NCBI GenBank assembly: GCA_038087875.1
Contig: CM075995.1
Span: 8,806,001-8,870,000, forward strand
DNA from: Malacoraja senta
Lineage: Eukaryota
Direction of reading: 5' to 3'
DNA: 64,000 bases
Shown: piece by piece, positions 25,100 to 37,870 of the stretch
Layout: each line of letters begins with the position of its first letter
How positions within the stretch are numbered: the stretch's first letter is position 1
Program-made: the position numbers and the translations under genes
Notes under the pieces: model-generated
Told to the model about the DNA's origin: nothing
Database searches by the model: none
The model's input: the letters and a program-made list of their open reading frames with translations, nothing else

Positions 25100-26115
25100 A
25101 GGGACAGGAGAGTATTCTAAAGGATAAGATGTACATGCATTTAGAAGGACTATGGCATGGTTTTCTATGCGAGAGATCTGAAGATGTGACCAAAAAGATT
25201 GATGAGGCCAGAGCTGTAGGCATTGTATGTAAGGATTTCAGCACTGCATTTGACAAGGTTCCATATGGTAGGCTGCTCTAGAAGGTTAGATTGCATGGGA
25301 TCCAAGGAAAGATAGCTGACTGGACAGAAAATTAGGTTCATGGAGGGAAGCAGAGGGTGATGGTGGAAGATTGTTTTTCAGACTGGAGGCGTGTGATTAA
25401 GTGGTGTGCCTCAGGATTCGGACCTCGGCCCGTTACTGTTTGTCATCTACGTCAATGATTTAGATGAGAACGTACAAGGCATGAATAGTAAGTTTGCAGA
25501 TGACACTAAAGTGAGTGCTATTGTAGATAGCGAAGATTGGTGTCAAAAATTGCAGCAGGATCTTGATCTGTTGGGCAGGTGGGCTGAGGAATGGTTGATG
25601 GACTACAGAGAAATGTGAGGCGTTGTATTGTGGGAAACCAAACCAAGGTAGGATCTACACAGTGAGTGGCAAGGCTCTGGGGAGGGTTGTAGAACAGTGG
25701 GATCTAGGAGTGCAAGTACATGGTTCCTTGAAAGTGGCTTCACAGTTATATAGGGTGGTCAAGAAATCTTTTGGTACATTGGCCCACATCAGTCAGAGTA
25801 TTGAGTCTGGAAATGGGTTCCGACCCAAAACGTTATCAATTCTTTTTCTCCAGAGATACTGCCTGACCTACTGGGTTACTCCAGCATTTTGCGTTTCTCT
25901 TTGGTATAAACCAGCATCTGCAGTTCCTTCCTGCTTATATTGAGAATAAAGGTTGGGATGTCATGTTACATTTGTACAAGGATGTTACCAGGTCGTGAGG
26001 GCCTGAGCTATAGGGAGAGGTTGAGCAGGCTAGGACCAGAGTTGGGGAATCGAGAACCAGGGGGCGTAGGTGTAAGGTGAGTGGAGAAAGATATAATGGG
26101 AATCTGAGCGGCAAC
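25100..26115 (+). mobile_element. CR1 LINE RT fragment (older subfamily) with a nested PLE repeat
   Basis: DFSTAFDKV, PQDSDLGPLLFVIYVNDLD, KFADDTK. Confidence 0.85.
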
Positions 26116-26730
26116 TTGGCCAGCAAGGTGGTGCAGCGGTAGAGTCGCTGCCTTACAGCACCAGAGACCCGGGTTCGATCCTGACTACGGGTGCTGTCTA
26201 TACGGAGTTTGGACGTTCTCCCCGTGACCTGCGTGGGTTTTCTCTGGGTGTTCCGGTTTCCTCCCACACACCGAAGACGAACAGGTTTGTAGGTTAATTG
26301 GCTTCAGTGAAAAGTTGTCAATTGTCCCAGGTCTCTGGTGCTGTAAGGCAGCAACTCTACTGCTGTGCCACCCACCGACTCTTATGACTCTATTATCGAG
26401 CAATTGAGTTTTACTCCTTTTGATGATACCCCTGTGCACATTTAATTCCCAACAGTAAATTTTACAGTAAAGGGAGCAGCTGAAATCAGACCTCCACTGA
26501 GTTTAAAGCAGTGCAACACAGAACTGGGTGATTTCCGAACAATCAGATTGTTGTGGGTTTGCCCATTTGATGCCTGTTCTAACATTTTGACATTCTGGCA
26601 TTCAATCTGTAAATACATACTATGCTGCTTTGGCAAAGTATTTAAATTATAACTAAAAGGGACATAAAGTGCTGGAGTGATTAGGCAGGTCAGGCAGCAT
26701 CTCTGGAGAACATGGGTAGGCCCTACCAGT

Positions 26731-27050
26731 CTGAAGAAGTGTCCTGACCTGAAACGTCACCTATCCATGTTCTCCACAGATGCTGCCTGAGCCACTGAGT
26801 TACTCCAGCACTCTGTGAAACGTCACCTATCCACGTTCTCCACAGATGCTGCCTGAGCCACTGAGTTACTCCAGCACTCTGTGAAACGTCACCTATCCAC
26901 GTTCTCCACAGATGCTGCCTGAGCCGCAGAGTTACTCCAGCACTCTGTGAAACGTCACCTATCCACGTTCTCCACAGATGCTGCCTCACCCGCTGAGTTA
27001 CTCCAGCACTCTGTCCATTTTTGTAAACCAGCATCTGCACTGCCTTGTCT
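26731..27050 (+). repeat. PLE terminal repeat: head plus 4 tandem 66-bp units
   Basis: GAAAC at 26751, 26817, 26883 and 26949 (period 66). Confidence 0.9.
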
Positions 27051-27091
27051 CTGGATTACAACTAACTTTGCTTTTCACATTTTTTCACCAG

Positions 27092-27340
27092 TTGAGTGGG
27101 AGGATTTGGACACAGCCGATGAGATGGAAGATGAAGCAGAAGAAGAAAATGAGGAGAGCAAAGCTGAAGGGCCGAGGGCAGACACCCCGGCTGCTGCCTT
27201 TCCAGTCACAGACTGCTTGTTCTGCTCACACCACTCGCGGACTCTGTTAAGAAATATAGATCACATGACCAAGTCCCACAGTTTCTTTATCCCTGACGTG
27301 GAATATCTAGTGGATCTGCGGGGGCTGATAAAATATCTGG
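27092..27340 (+). CDS. ZNF622: ZNF622 exon 3
   Basis: ccag| (V)EWEDLD...TDCLFCSHHSRTLLRNIDHMTKSHSFFIPDVEYLVDLRGLIKYLG |gtgagt; phase 1 to 1. Confidence 0.95.
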
Positions 27341-27786
27341 GTGAGTACCACAAGTTTCCACGATACTGTAAATTCATCAACCGTTAACAAGGGTGTTGCA
27401 AGACGAGCAAAATTATTTAGAATGTCACAGGACCATAAGATGTAAAAGCAGAATTAAGCCTTGCGGCCCATCAAGTCTGCTCTGCACTTCGATTCAGACT
27501 GATCTTCCTTTCTCTCTCAACCCTTCTCTTCCCCTCGCCCTGTAGCCCTTGACAACCGTGCTAATCAAGGACCTCTGCCTTAAAAATATCCTTTGACTTG
27601 GCCTCCACAGCCATCTGTGGCAGAATTCCACAGATTCAACACCCTCTGGCTAAAGAAATTCCTCCTCGTCTCCATTCTAAAAGTATGTCCCTTTACTATG
27701 ATGTTTAAGAAGGAACTGCAGATGCTGGAAAATCGAAGGTAGACAAAAATGCTGGAGGAACTCAGCGGGTGAGGCGGCATCTATAG

Positions 27787-30055
27787 ATAATAATAATAAT
27801 AATACATTTTATTTATATAGCACTTTTCAAGTACTCAAAGTCGCTTTACATTGAGAGTCAAAAAATAAATTAAAAAATAGAGCAGTAAGACAGAGATGCA
27901 AAGGGGAGGGGGACATGGGACTAAGGGTATGCAGAGGTGAAGAGATGGGTCTTGAGGTGGGACTGGAAGATGGTGAGGGACTCAGAATTTCGGATCAGTT
28001 GTGGGAGGGAATTCCAGAGCCTGGGAGCTGCCCTGGAGAAGGCTCTGCCTTCAAAAGTGCAGAGGTTTGATTTCGGAGTGGAGAGGAGACCAGCTGATGT
28101 GGATCTGAGGGACCATGAGGGTTGGTAGGGGGAGAGGAGGTCAGTGAGATAAGGGGGGGCCAAGTGGTTGAGGGCTTTGTAGGTGAGGACCAGGATTTTG
28201 TAGATGGGAAATGGGAAGCCAGTGAAGTTCTTTGAGAACTGGGGTGATGTGGTGCCAGGATTTGGTGTGGGTAATGAGTCGGGCGGCAGCGTTCTGGACC
28301 AGTTGGAGTCGGTTGATGTTGCTGGAATTGATGCCAAAGAGAAGAGAGTTACAGTAGTCCAGTCGGGAGGAGATGAAGGCATGGATGAGTCTTTCAGCAG
28401 CGGGGGGTGTGAGAGAGGATCTGATTTTGGCAATGTTGCGGAGGTGAAAAAATGATATTTTGACAACATGGCGAATGTGAGGCTCAAGGGAGAGGGTTGA
28501 GTCAAAGATCACGCCAAGGTTGCGGGCCTGAGGAGATGGGGAGACAGTGGTGCCGTCAATAGTGAGAGTGGGGTTGTTAATTTTAGTGAGTGTTGATTTG
28601 GAGCCAATGAGGAGAAATTGTTTTGTTACTGTTTAATTTAAGGAAGTTGAGTTGCATCCAAGATTTGATGGCTGACAGGCAGGAGTTGATATGGGAGAGA
28701 GGGGGGTGGTGGGGGGATTTGGTGCTGAGATAGATCTGGGTGTCATCAGCATAGCATTGGAAGTCCAGGTTGAAGTGACGGAGTATATGACCAAGGGGGA
28801 GGATGTAGATGATGAAGAGGAGGGGACCAAGAACGGAGCCTTGGGGAACGCCTTGAGTGACAGTGGCTGTGGCAGAGGTGTGGTTGTGGAGAGAGATGAA
28901 GTGGGATCGGTTGGAAAGGTAGGAACGGAGCCAGCTGAGTGCAGAACCTTCAATGCCAAGGTCCCTAAGTCTGGTGAGCAGGATGTTATGGTTCACGGTA
29001 TCGAAGGCTGCACTCAGGTCGAGGAGGATGAGGATATTGAGGGAGCCAGTGTCAGCAGAGGTAAGGAGGTCATTGAGAACTTTGAAGAGAGCAGTTTCTG
29101 TGCTATGGAGGAGGTGAAAGCCAGATTGGAGGGGTTCGAATAGGTTATACGCGAGGAGGTGGGAATGAAGTTGTGACACGACGATACGCTCCAGGGTTTT
29201 TGAAAGAAAGGGGAGGTTTGAGATAGGGCGGTAGTTAATGAGAGGAGGGATCAAGACCAGGTTTCTTTAAGATTGGTGTGACAGCAGCAGTTTTGAAAGC
29301 AGAGGGGACAATTCCTTGGGACAATGAGGAATTGAAGAGATTAGTGAGGTAGGGGCAGAGAGCGGGGAGGCAGGACTTCAGCAGGGGAGTGGGGAGAGGG
29401 TCGAGGGAGCAGGTAGTGGGTTTGGAAGAGCTGATGGGTTTGGAGATTTCAGTAGGGGTGACCGGGTCAAACTGGGAGAGGAAGCAGTGAGGAGGAGGGG
29501 TAAGGAGGTCAGCGGAGATGTTGAAAGGAGGGGCCTTGGTAGGTGGTGGAGTAGATGCTGGGGAGTCGGGTAGAGGGGATAAAGATTAATAGATGGTGCT
29601 GATTTTGTCAGCAAAAAAGTGGAGGAATGAGTTGCAGAGATCCGGAGTGGAGGTAGGGAGAGTGTTGGCTCGAGGCTTGAGGAGGTTGCAGACTGTGGAG
29701 AAGAGGGTTCTGTGGTTTAGGCAGGGGTCGGTGAATATGGAGGAGAGGTATGCAGATTTAGCAGCAATGAGGGCATCTTTGTAGGCAGTGAGGTGGAGTT
29801 TGTAAGCTTCATGGTGGACTGTGAGAGGTGATTTCTTTATGAGTCGTTCAAGTCGGCGACCAATCTGTTTCAGCTTACGAAGTGCAGGTGTGTATCAGGG
29901 TGAAGATTTATTAAAAGTTACAGTTCTTGTTTTGAGGGGAGCCAGAGTGTTAAGGGAGGTAGACAAGGTGGAATTGAGATGGTTTGTGAGATCATCAGGT
30001 GAGATGTGGGTTGAGTCCAGGGGGGGAGTGGTGGAGAGCAGGTCAGAGAGATGGT
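27787..30055 (-). mobile_element. L2-clade LINE, 5'-truncated, about 2.3 kb, frameshifted RT
   Basis: [86 protein letters not shown]; (TTA)n 3' tail at 27787-27803. Confidence 0.9.
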
Positions 30056-30623
30056 GCTGCTGCCTCGCCCGCTGAGTTTCTCCAGCATTCTTGTCTATCT
30101 CCCTTTACTATGAGATCTCTGGTCCTAGACTCTCCCACTAGTGGGAAAATGTTGCTAATGAACATCAGAACAGGCGTGGAATGAGCTGACACAATTAAAA
30201 TTGTCTGCTTTGTTGAAAGGCTGTGTGTCATGGTACATTGAGTCCATGTGATCCAGAAGGTAGTACAATGTGACTTCATGTGTCGGAAGGAACTGCAGAT
30301 GCTGGTTTCAACTGAAGATAGACACGAAAAGCTGGAGTAACTCAGCGGGTCAGGCAGCATCTCCGGAGAAAAGGAATAGGTGACGTTTTGGGTGAAGAAA
30401 GGTCTTGACCCGAATCGTCACCTATTCCTTTTTCTGCAGAGACCCGCTGAGTTACTCCAGCTTTTTGTGTCTGTCTTCAATGGGACAAGCTGCAGATTTG
30501 ACACTCATACCTCTCCACAATGTTGCCGAAATGTTACCTTCAGTTATATCCGTGACGGAGACTTGTTGAGCAGTAATTAGCTGCTACTGATTGCCTCTTA
30601 AGGGACCTTAAGCAGGGCTTATG

Positions 30624-30812
30624 CAGATGCTCCCCGATTTACCATGCTTCGACTTACGATATTTGGAATTTACGATCGGCAAACACTGGGCAACAGCAGC
30701 GAGGTGCAGGTCACGTGATCACATTGTATTAAATGCATTTGCGACTTATGATATTTTCGATTTACGATGGGTTTATCGGAACGTAACCCCATGGTAGGTG
30801 GAGGAGCAGCTG
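30624..30812. mobile_element. TcMar-Tigger-type MITE (MER47/Tigger5-like termini)
   Basis: cagatgctcc...ggagcagctg termini, TA on the right flank (TG on the left), repeated cgacttacgat motifs. Confidence 0.75.
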
Positions 30813-31451
30813 TAATTAATTTTGGTGGGAAGGATGTGCAGATGCGTGTTTATACCGAAGACACACAAATTGCTGGAGTAACTGAGCGGATCCGGCAGCA
30901 TCTCTGGAGAAAAGGAATAGGTGACGTTTTGGGTGAGAACCCTTCTTCAGACTTGCACCACATGACATAGATATAGAACCGGACAGCACAGGAACACACC
31001 CTTCATCCCACAATGTCTGTGCCGAACGTGATGCCCAGTTAGACCAAAGTCAGCAGGTCAGGACTTTGTCTTCCATTCTGAAGCTGTTCATCTTTTAGAA
31101 GTCATTTGATTCCATACATTGTGACCAGTTGAGATCCAATGGGTTTTGGGATGGGATGCATACTGCATTGTGGAAACAAGGAACTGCAGGTGCTGGTTTA
31201 CAAAAAAAAAGACAGAGTGCTGGAGGAACTCAGTGGATCAGTCAGAATCTCTGGGGAACATTTTCCAGCTTAGTAAGGGTGTCAAAGGTTAGTGGGAGGA
31301 GGAGGATTGGTTTGTGAGGGGAAAAATAGATCAGCTATCATCGAATGGTGGAGTAGACTTGATGGGCCTAATGGCCTAATTCTGCTCCTGTGACTTATGA
31401 ACATGAATAGGTGCTGTTTAGGATCAAGACTCAGTCTGAAGAACAATCAGT

Positions 31452-31675
31452 CTGAAGAAGGGTCCCGACCCGAAACATCACCTATCCATGTTTACTCCAC
31501 AGATGTTACTTGATCCGCTGAGTTACTCCAGCACTATGTGAAACGTCATCTATCCATGTTCTCCACAGATGCTGCCTGACCTGCTGAGTTACTCCAGCAC
31601 TCTGTGAAACGTCACCTATCCATGTTCTCCACAGATGCTGCCTGACCCGCTGAGTTACCACAGCACTGTGTCCTT
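31452..31675 (+). repeat. PLE terminal repeat: head plus 3 tandem 66-bp units
   Basis: Same unit, slightly diverged. Confidence 0.85.
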
Positions 31676-31736
31676 TTTACATGCTACACTGGGTGGCCGA
31701 CTGCTGGTGATGTGTGTACTTTTATTTTTGGTGCAG

Positions 31737-31899
31737 GGGAAAAGGTTGCTGTGGGAAATATCTGCTTGTGGTGCAACGAGAAGGGCCGGTCCTTTTACTC
31801 ACTGGAAGCAGTGCAGGCTCACATGGTTGACAGCAGTCATTGTAAGCTGTTCACAGACGGAGATGCTGCCATTGAATTTGCAGACTTTTATGATTTCAG
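31737..31899 (+). CDS. ZNF622: ZNF622 exon 4
   Basis: gcag| (G)EKVAVGNICLWCNEKGRSFYSLEAVQAHMVDSSHCKLFTDGDAAIEFADFYDF AG|gtaata; phase 1 to 2. Confidence 0.95.
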
Positions 31900-33374
31900 G
31901 TAATACATTCTGGGCTTTGGGATATTATGTAGTTAGATGCAGCAGAAAATGTTGCTGCTTTTGGCAGAAGCACATATACAATCAGTTTTTTGGGGGGTAA
32001 TAACTGTACAGTTTGAAGGAATGCTGCGCAAATCACGTTATTTTTCAGTACCCTAGTATCATTTAGCGATACAGCGTGGAAACAGGTTCGTCAGCCCACC
32101 GAGTCCGTGCAGACCTGCGATCCCCTCCCGTACACTAACGCGCTCCTACACACTAGGGATAATTTACAATTTTACTAAGCCAATATAACCTACAAACCTG
32201 TAGTCCTTGGAGTGTGGGAGGAAACCAGAGATCCAGGGAAAAAAATAACTATTTGGGCCTGGGGAGAACGTACAAACTCTGTACAGACAGCAATGTTGTT
32301 AGGATCGAACCCGGGTCTCTGGCGCTGTAAGGCAGCAACTCTACCACTGCAACGCCCTGCCACCCTAAGTTCCATCTTTCCATATCCCCAATGAGATACT
32401 CATCCAAGTTGCCCCATCTAAGCTACCATTTACCTCTAAATCTTTCCTGTCCATGTACCTGTGCAAATGTTTTTCAAATTTTGTTATAATATTGTTATCG
32501 TCCATGAGTTGAATGTCACAGGTGTTTTATAACAGTTGAAATCCATCTCCATATATCCTCTGTGTTGGACAGGCATTTCGGGGTTTGAAATGTTCGCGAC
32601 ACACTGCACAAGACATTGTCATGAAGTGGCAAATAATTAGAAATGAATTAGTCAAGTCGAGAGTGTTTTAATGTCATATGTCCCAAAACGGAACCATGAA
32701 ATTCTTACTTGCAGCAGCACAGCAGGTATATATAGTCATAGAGTCACACGGCATGGAAACAGGCCCTTCGGCCATGCTGTATGACTCCAGGATATGTTTA
32801 CATATGCTCCATCTGCGCTAGTCCCATCTAGTGTAGATGAAGCAACATGCCCCAACTACACTAATCCCATCTGCCTGATTTTGCCCAAGATCCCTCTAAA
32901 CCGTTCCTTTCCATTTGCCTGTCCAAATGTCTTTTAAATGTTTATAGCACCTGCCTCAACTACCTCCTCTGGCAGCTGGTTCCATATATCCACCGCTCTG
33001 TGGAAAAAGTAGACCCTCGGGTTCCAATTAAACCTTTCTCCTCTCACCTTAAATCTATGTCCACTAGGTCTTGATTCCCCGACTCTGGGTATAAGATGCT
33101 GTTCATCCACCCGATCTATTCCTCTCTATACGATCACCCCTCATCCTTCTGCATTGCAAGGAGTTAAATCCTATCCTGCCCAATGGGGAATGGTACGAAG
33201 GCCAAAGCTTTCAATTAGACGCATGTCATTCAGAATTAAAATGACAAAGCACTTTGCATACGGACAATGGTAGAAATTTGGAGCAATCTTCATAGTGGCA
33301 TTCCACTGAACTCAGTGGTTGAGACAAGTCACAATAGCAATCTCGTTGGATGATGGAACAGGCACAGGGGAGTT

Positions 33375-33905
33375 TTTGAACACTTGCTCTCAGTCCGCCT
33401 TGGCCTACGAGATCTCCCGGTTGCCAGACATTTGAACTCCCCTTCCCATATTGACCTTTCTGTCCTCAGCCTCCTCCACTGTCAAAGTGAGGCCTCACGC
33501 AAATTGGAGGTACAGCACCTCGTATTTTGCTTGGGCAACGTACAATATTGATTTCTCTATTTTCAAGTAACTTCTGCATTCCTGTCCCTCTTCTCTCTTG
33601 CCCCCTTCCTGTCCTCCCTAGACATCCTACCAGTTCCACAGTTTGCTTCCTTGTATCCCTCCTATCACACCTTCCCCAGCCAACAATGGGCCATTATGGA
33701 CACCACCCTTCCTGAGGTCATCTGTTGCCGCCCCTGATTTCTTCTGGCCTTTTCTTGCCTCCAGTTCATCCCCCCCTCCCCATCCACCCTCCCCCACCTC
33801 TACTTTCAGTCTGAAGAAGGGTTGCAACCTGAAATGTCACCCATCCTTTTTCTCCAGAGATGCTGCCCGACTTGCTGAGTTACTCCAGCACTTTGCGTCT
33901 ATCTC
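33375..33905 (+). mobile_element. Penelope-like element 3' portion
   Basis: Same GIY-YIG tail (gtcaaagtgaggcctcacgcaaattggagg), UTR and CTGAAGA motif (33811) as the 12.3-kb copy. Confidence 0.8.
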
Positions 33906-33948
33906 AAGAGAGTCCTTTGTAAATGTTTTTGATTTTTTTGTTCCTTAG

Positions 33949-34058
33949 TGAAAGTTATCCCGATCACAATGGAGAACATGTTGAAATGAAAACTACAGAG
34001 GTTCCTAGCAAGAATCTGGAATACAATGAAGAAACAATGGAGCTTGTACTTCCTTCTG
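33949..34058 (+). CDS. ZNF622: ZNF622 exon 5 (absent from the ORF track)
   Basis: cttag| (S)ESYPDHNGEHVEMKTTEVPSKNLEYNEETMELVLPS G|gttagt; 110 nt, phase 2 to 1. Confidence 0.93.
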
Positions 34059-35159
34059 GTTAGTACAAAGTCAAGATGTCCCTTCACTGAGATGTTCTTT
34101 GTATATCTAGTGTCATACAGCTAAAGATAAGACACAAAAAGCTGGAGTAACTCAGCGGGACAGGCAGACTGAAGACCTTCTTTGGACTGAAGAAGGGTCT
34201 CTACCCGAAACGTCACCCATTCCTACTCTCCAGAGATGCTGCCTGTCCCACTGAGTTACTCCAGCTTTTTGTGTCTATCTTTGGTGTAAACCAGCATCTG
34301 CAGTTCCTTCCTACACATAGAGTCATAGAGCTATACAGCGTAGAATTTTGGTAGAGCTGCTGCCTTACAGTCCAAGTGCTTGTCCAAGAATCTGTTCATC
34401 TGGCAGCTCGTTCCATATACCTACTAGGGGCAGAGTTGCTGCCTTACAGCGCCAGAGACCTGGGTTCAATGCTGACTATGGGTGCAGTTTGTCTGTTATC
34501 CCTGTGCCTGCGTGGGTTTTTCCCGGGTGCTCCGGTTTCCACCCACACTCCAAAGAAGTACAGGTTTGTAGGTTAATTGGCTGTGGTAAAAACTAAATTG
34601 TCCTTAGTGTGTGGGATAGTGTTAGTGTACGGAGGTGATTGCTGGTCGGCGTGGATTCGGTTGGCCGAAGGGCCTGTTTCCATATGTGTGTCTAAAGTAC
34701 AAGATCAGAGCAATATTAGAGGCACAAGAAACATCAGATGCTGGAACGCCATGCAAAGTCCATGCTGGGGAAATTCAGTGGGTCAGACAGCGTCACTGGA
34801 GGAAATGGACAGTTGACATTGCGGGTCAGGACCAGTCAACAGATGCTGCCGGACCCACTGAGATCCTCCAGCGTTGTGTTTAGATCAGGGTAGTATTGCA
34901 TTTGAATTAAACATTTGGAACGCATTGGTGTAGAACAATGTTGTTAATTTGATTTAAATCGTTTTTCTTGGGGCTAACCTTGCAATTAAACTTTAAAATT
35001 GCGAGGGGGGTGGAAGGGTAAATGGTACGACTGCAAAATATCAAAACATCATAATTCAAATTTACTCAGTGCATTATATTAAAATCTTTGTGTGGAATGG
35101 AGTTGTAGATGCTGGTTTATACCAAAGATGGACACAGTGCTGCATTGACCGGAATCATT

Positions 35160-36360
35160 GTAGATAGAGCTGAGAAATTGTAATGGGTAAAAAGATCCTA
35201 AGCTGAGAAATTGTAATGGGTAAAAAGATCCCAATGGGAGTTATTTACAGGCCCCCAAGGATATAGGATACAAATTACATTAGGAGATACAATTGGCATG
35301 TAAGAAAGGCAATGCTACCATGATCATGGGAGATTTCAATATGCAGGTAGACTGGAAAAATCAGGTTGGTACTGGACCCAAGAAAGGGAATTTGTAGAGT
35401 GCCTCCGAGATGGATTCTTAGAGCAGCTTGTAAGCAATCCTGGATTTACTGTTGTGTAATGAATCAAATTTGATAAGGGAACTCAAGGTAAAGGAACCGC
35501 TAGGAGGTAGCGACCACAATATGATAAGTTTTAATCTGCAATTTGAGAGGGAGAAGGTGAAATCGAATGTGTCGGTCGGTATTGCAGTTGAGCAAAGGAG
35601 ACTACAGAGGCATGAGGGAGGAGCTGGCCAAAGTTGACTAGAAAGAGACCTTAGCAGGGATGACAGTGGAACAGCAATGGCAGGAATTTCTGGGAATAAT
35701 TCGAAGATGCAGGATCTTTTCAGTCCAAAGAGGAAGAAAGATTCTAGCAAATGCAATGCTATCATTTACTATGAGAGGGCTTGTTTACAAAAACAGGGAT
35801 GTAATGCTGAGGCTCAATAAGGTGCTGGTCAGGATGCATTTGGAATATTGTGAACAATTTTGCGCACCATATCTGAGGAAGGATGTGCTGGCTCTGGAGA
35901 GGGTCTGGAGGAGGTTTACAAGAATGATCCCAGGAATGAGTGGGTTTACAAAATGTTGAACGTTTGATGGTACTGGGCCTGTACTCACTGGAGTTTTGAA
36001 GAATGGGGGGGGACCTCATTAAAACGTTCAGAATAGTGAATGGCTTGGATAGAGTGGATGTGGAGAGGATGTTTCTATTAGTGGGAGAATCGAGGAGTAG
36101 AGGTAATTAAAGGACGTTCTATTAGGAAGGAGATGAGGAGGAATTTCTTTAGTCAGTGGGTGGTGAATCTGTGGAATTCTTTGCCACGGAAGACTGTGGA
36201 CGCCAAGTCAGTGGATATTTTTAAGGCAGAGATAGATTCTTGATTAGTACAGGTGTCAGAGGTTATGGGGGAAGGCAAGAGAATGGGATTAGGAGGGAGA
36301 GATAGATAAGCCATGATTGAATTGGGCCGAATGGCCTAATTCTGTTCCTATCACTTATGA
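35160..36360 (+). mobile_element. CR1 LINE: APE endonuclease fragment joined to the 3' end (RT deleted)
   Basis: GVIYRPP, IMGDFN, EPLGGSDHNMISF, then LEYCEQFCAPYLRKD and the 3' UTR. Confidence 0.82.
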
Positions 36361-36646
36361 TCTTACGAACTCAGCGGGTCAGGCAGCATCTCTGGAGAAC
36401 AAGGATAGGTGACGTTTCGGGTCAGGTCTGAAATTGTCATTCTGACCTGAAACGTCACCCATCCTTTTTTTCCAAAAATTCTGCCTGACCCGCTGAGTTA
36501 CTCCAGCACTCTGAAACGTCACCTATCCATGTTCTCCAGAGATGTTGCCTGACCCATTGAGTTACTCCAGCGCTGTGTGTCTATCTTTCGTATTAAAATA
36601 TTAATTTGCCACTGGTTTAACTTTTTTCCACTCTATTGAATATCAG

Positions 36647-36790
36647 GTGCGAGAATTGGTCACCGGTCACTGATGCGATACTATAGGCAACATTTTGGCA
36701 TCTCCAGAGCAGTGGCTGTGACTGGAACTCATCGTGTGATGGGTAAATTGCTACAGCAGTACAAAGCCCTGGGTTGGACAAGTGAGCTTG
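36647..36790 (+). CDS. ZNF622: ZNF622 exon 6
   Basis: atcag| (G)ARIGHRSLMRYYRQHFGISRAVAV...LLQQYKALGWTSEL G|gtaagt. Confidence 0.95.
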
Positions 36791-37204
36791 GTAAGTGTCT
36801 TGATATCTTCAGTGCAGTACTTCAATCTGTTACCTTACTCAGCCTTGAAAAGTCTTTTGTTTACTTTAGAGATACAGCCTGGAAAGAGGCCCTTCGGCCC
36901 ACTGAGTCCACACCAACCAGCGATCACCCCTTACACTAATTCTATTCTACGCACTAGGGGCAATTTACAGAGGGCTAGTTAACCTACAAGTCAGCACGTC
37001 TTTGGAGTGCGGGAGGAAACCGGAGCACCTGGAGAAAACTCACCGGTCACAGGGAGAACGTACAAACTCCATACAGACAGCACCCGTAGTTAGGCTCGAA
37101 CCCAGGTCTCTGGTGCTGAGGCAGCAACTCTACCACTGCGCACAGTGCAAAAAAAAACCTCAAAAAGTCCTTAGTGCAATCAAAGACAGTCTATAGAAGT
37201 CCTT

Positions 37205-37870
37205 AATTCAAGATTCAAGAGAGTTTATTGTCATGTGTTCCTGATAGGACAATGAAATTCTTGCTTTGCTTCAGCACAACAGAACATAGTAGGCATGAAT
37301 ACAGAACAGATCAGTGTGTCCATATACCATTATATATATATATATATATATACACACATGAATAAATAAACTGATAAAGTGCAAATAAACAGATAATCGG
37401 CTATTAATGTTCAGAGTTTTGTCCAAGCCAAGTTTAATAGCCTGATGGCTGTGGGGAAGTAGCTATTCCTGAACCTGGTCGTTGCAGTCTTCATGCTCCT
37501 GTACCTTCTACCTGAAGGCAGCGGGGAGATGAGTGATTGGCCAGGATGGTGTGGGTCCTTGATGATACTGCCAGCAATTTTGAGGCAGCGACTGCGATAG
37601 ATCCCCTCGATGGAAGGGAGGTCAGAGCCGATGGACTGGGCAGTGTTTACTACTTTTTGTAGTCTTCCGCTCCAGGGCGCTCAAGTTGCCGAACCAAGCC
37701 ACGATGCAACCAGTCAGTATGCTCTCTACTGTGCACCTGTAGAAGTTAGAAAGAGTCCTCCTTGACATACCGACTCTCCGTAATCTTGTCAGGAAGTAAA
37801 GGCGCTGATGTGCTTTCTTAATAATTGCATCAGTGTTCTCGGACCAGGAAAGATCTTCAGAGATATGCAC
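37205..37870 (-). mobile_element. Rex1/Babar-type LINE 3' fragment
   Basis: HISEDLSWSENTDAIIKKAHQRLYFLTRLRR...FYRCTVESILTGCIVAWFGN. Related pieces at about 49960-50810 and 57360-58200. Confidence 0.8.
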
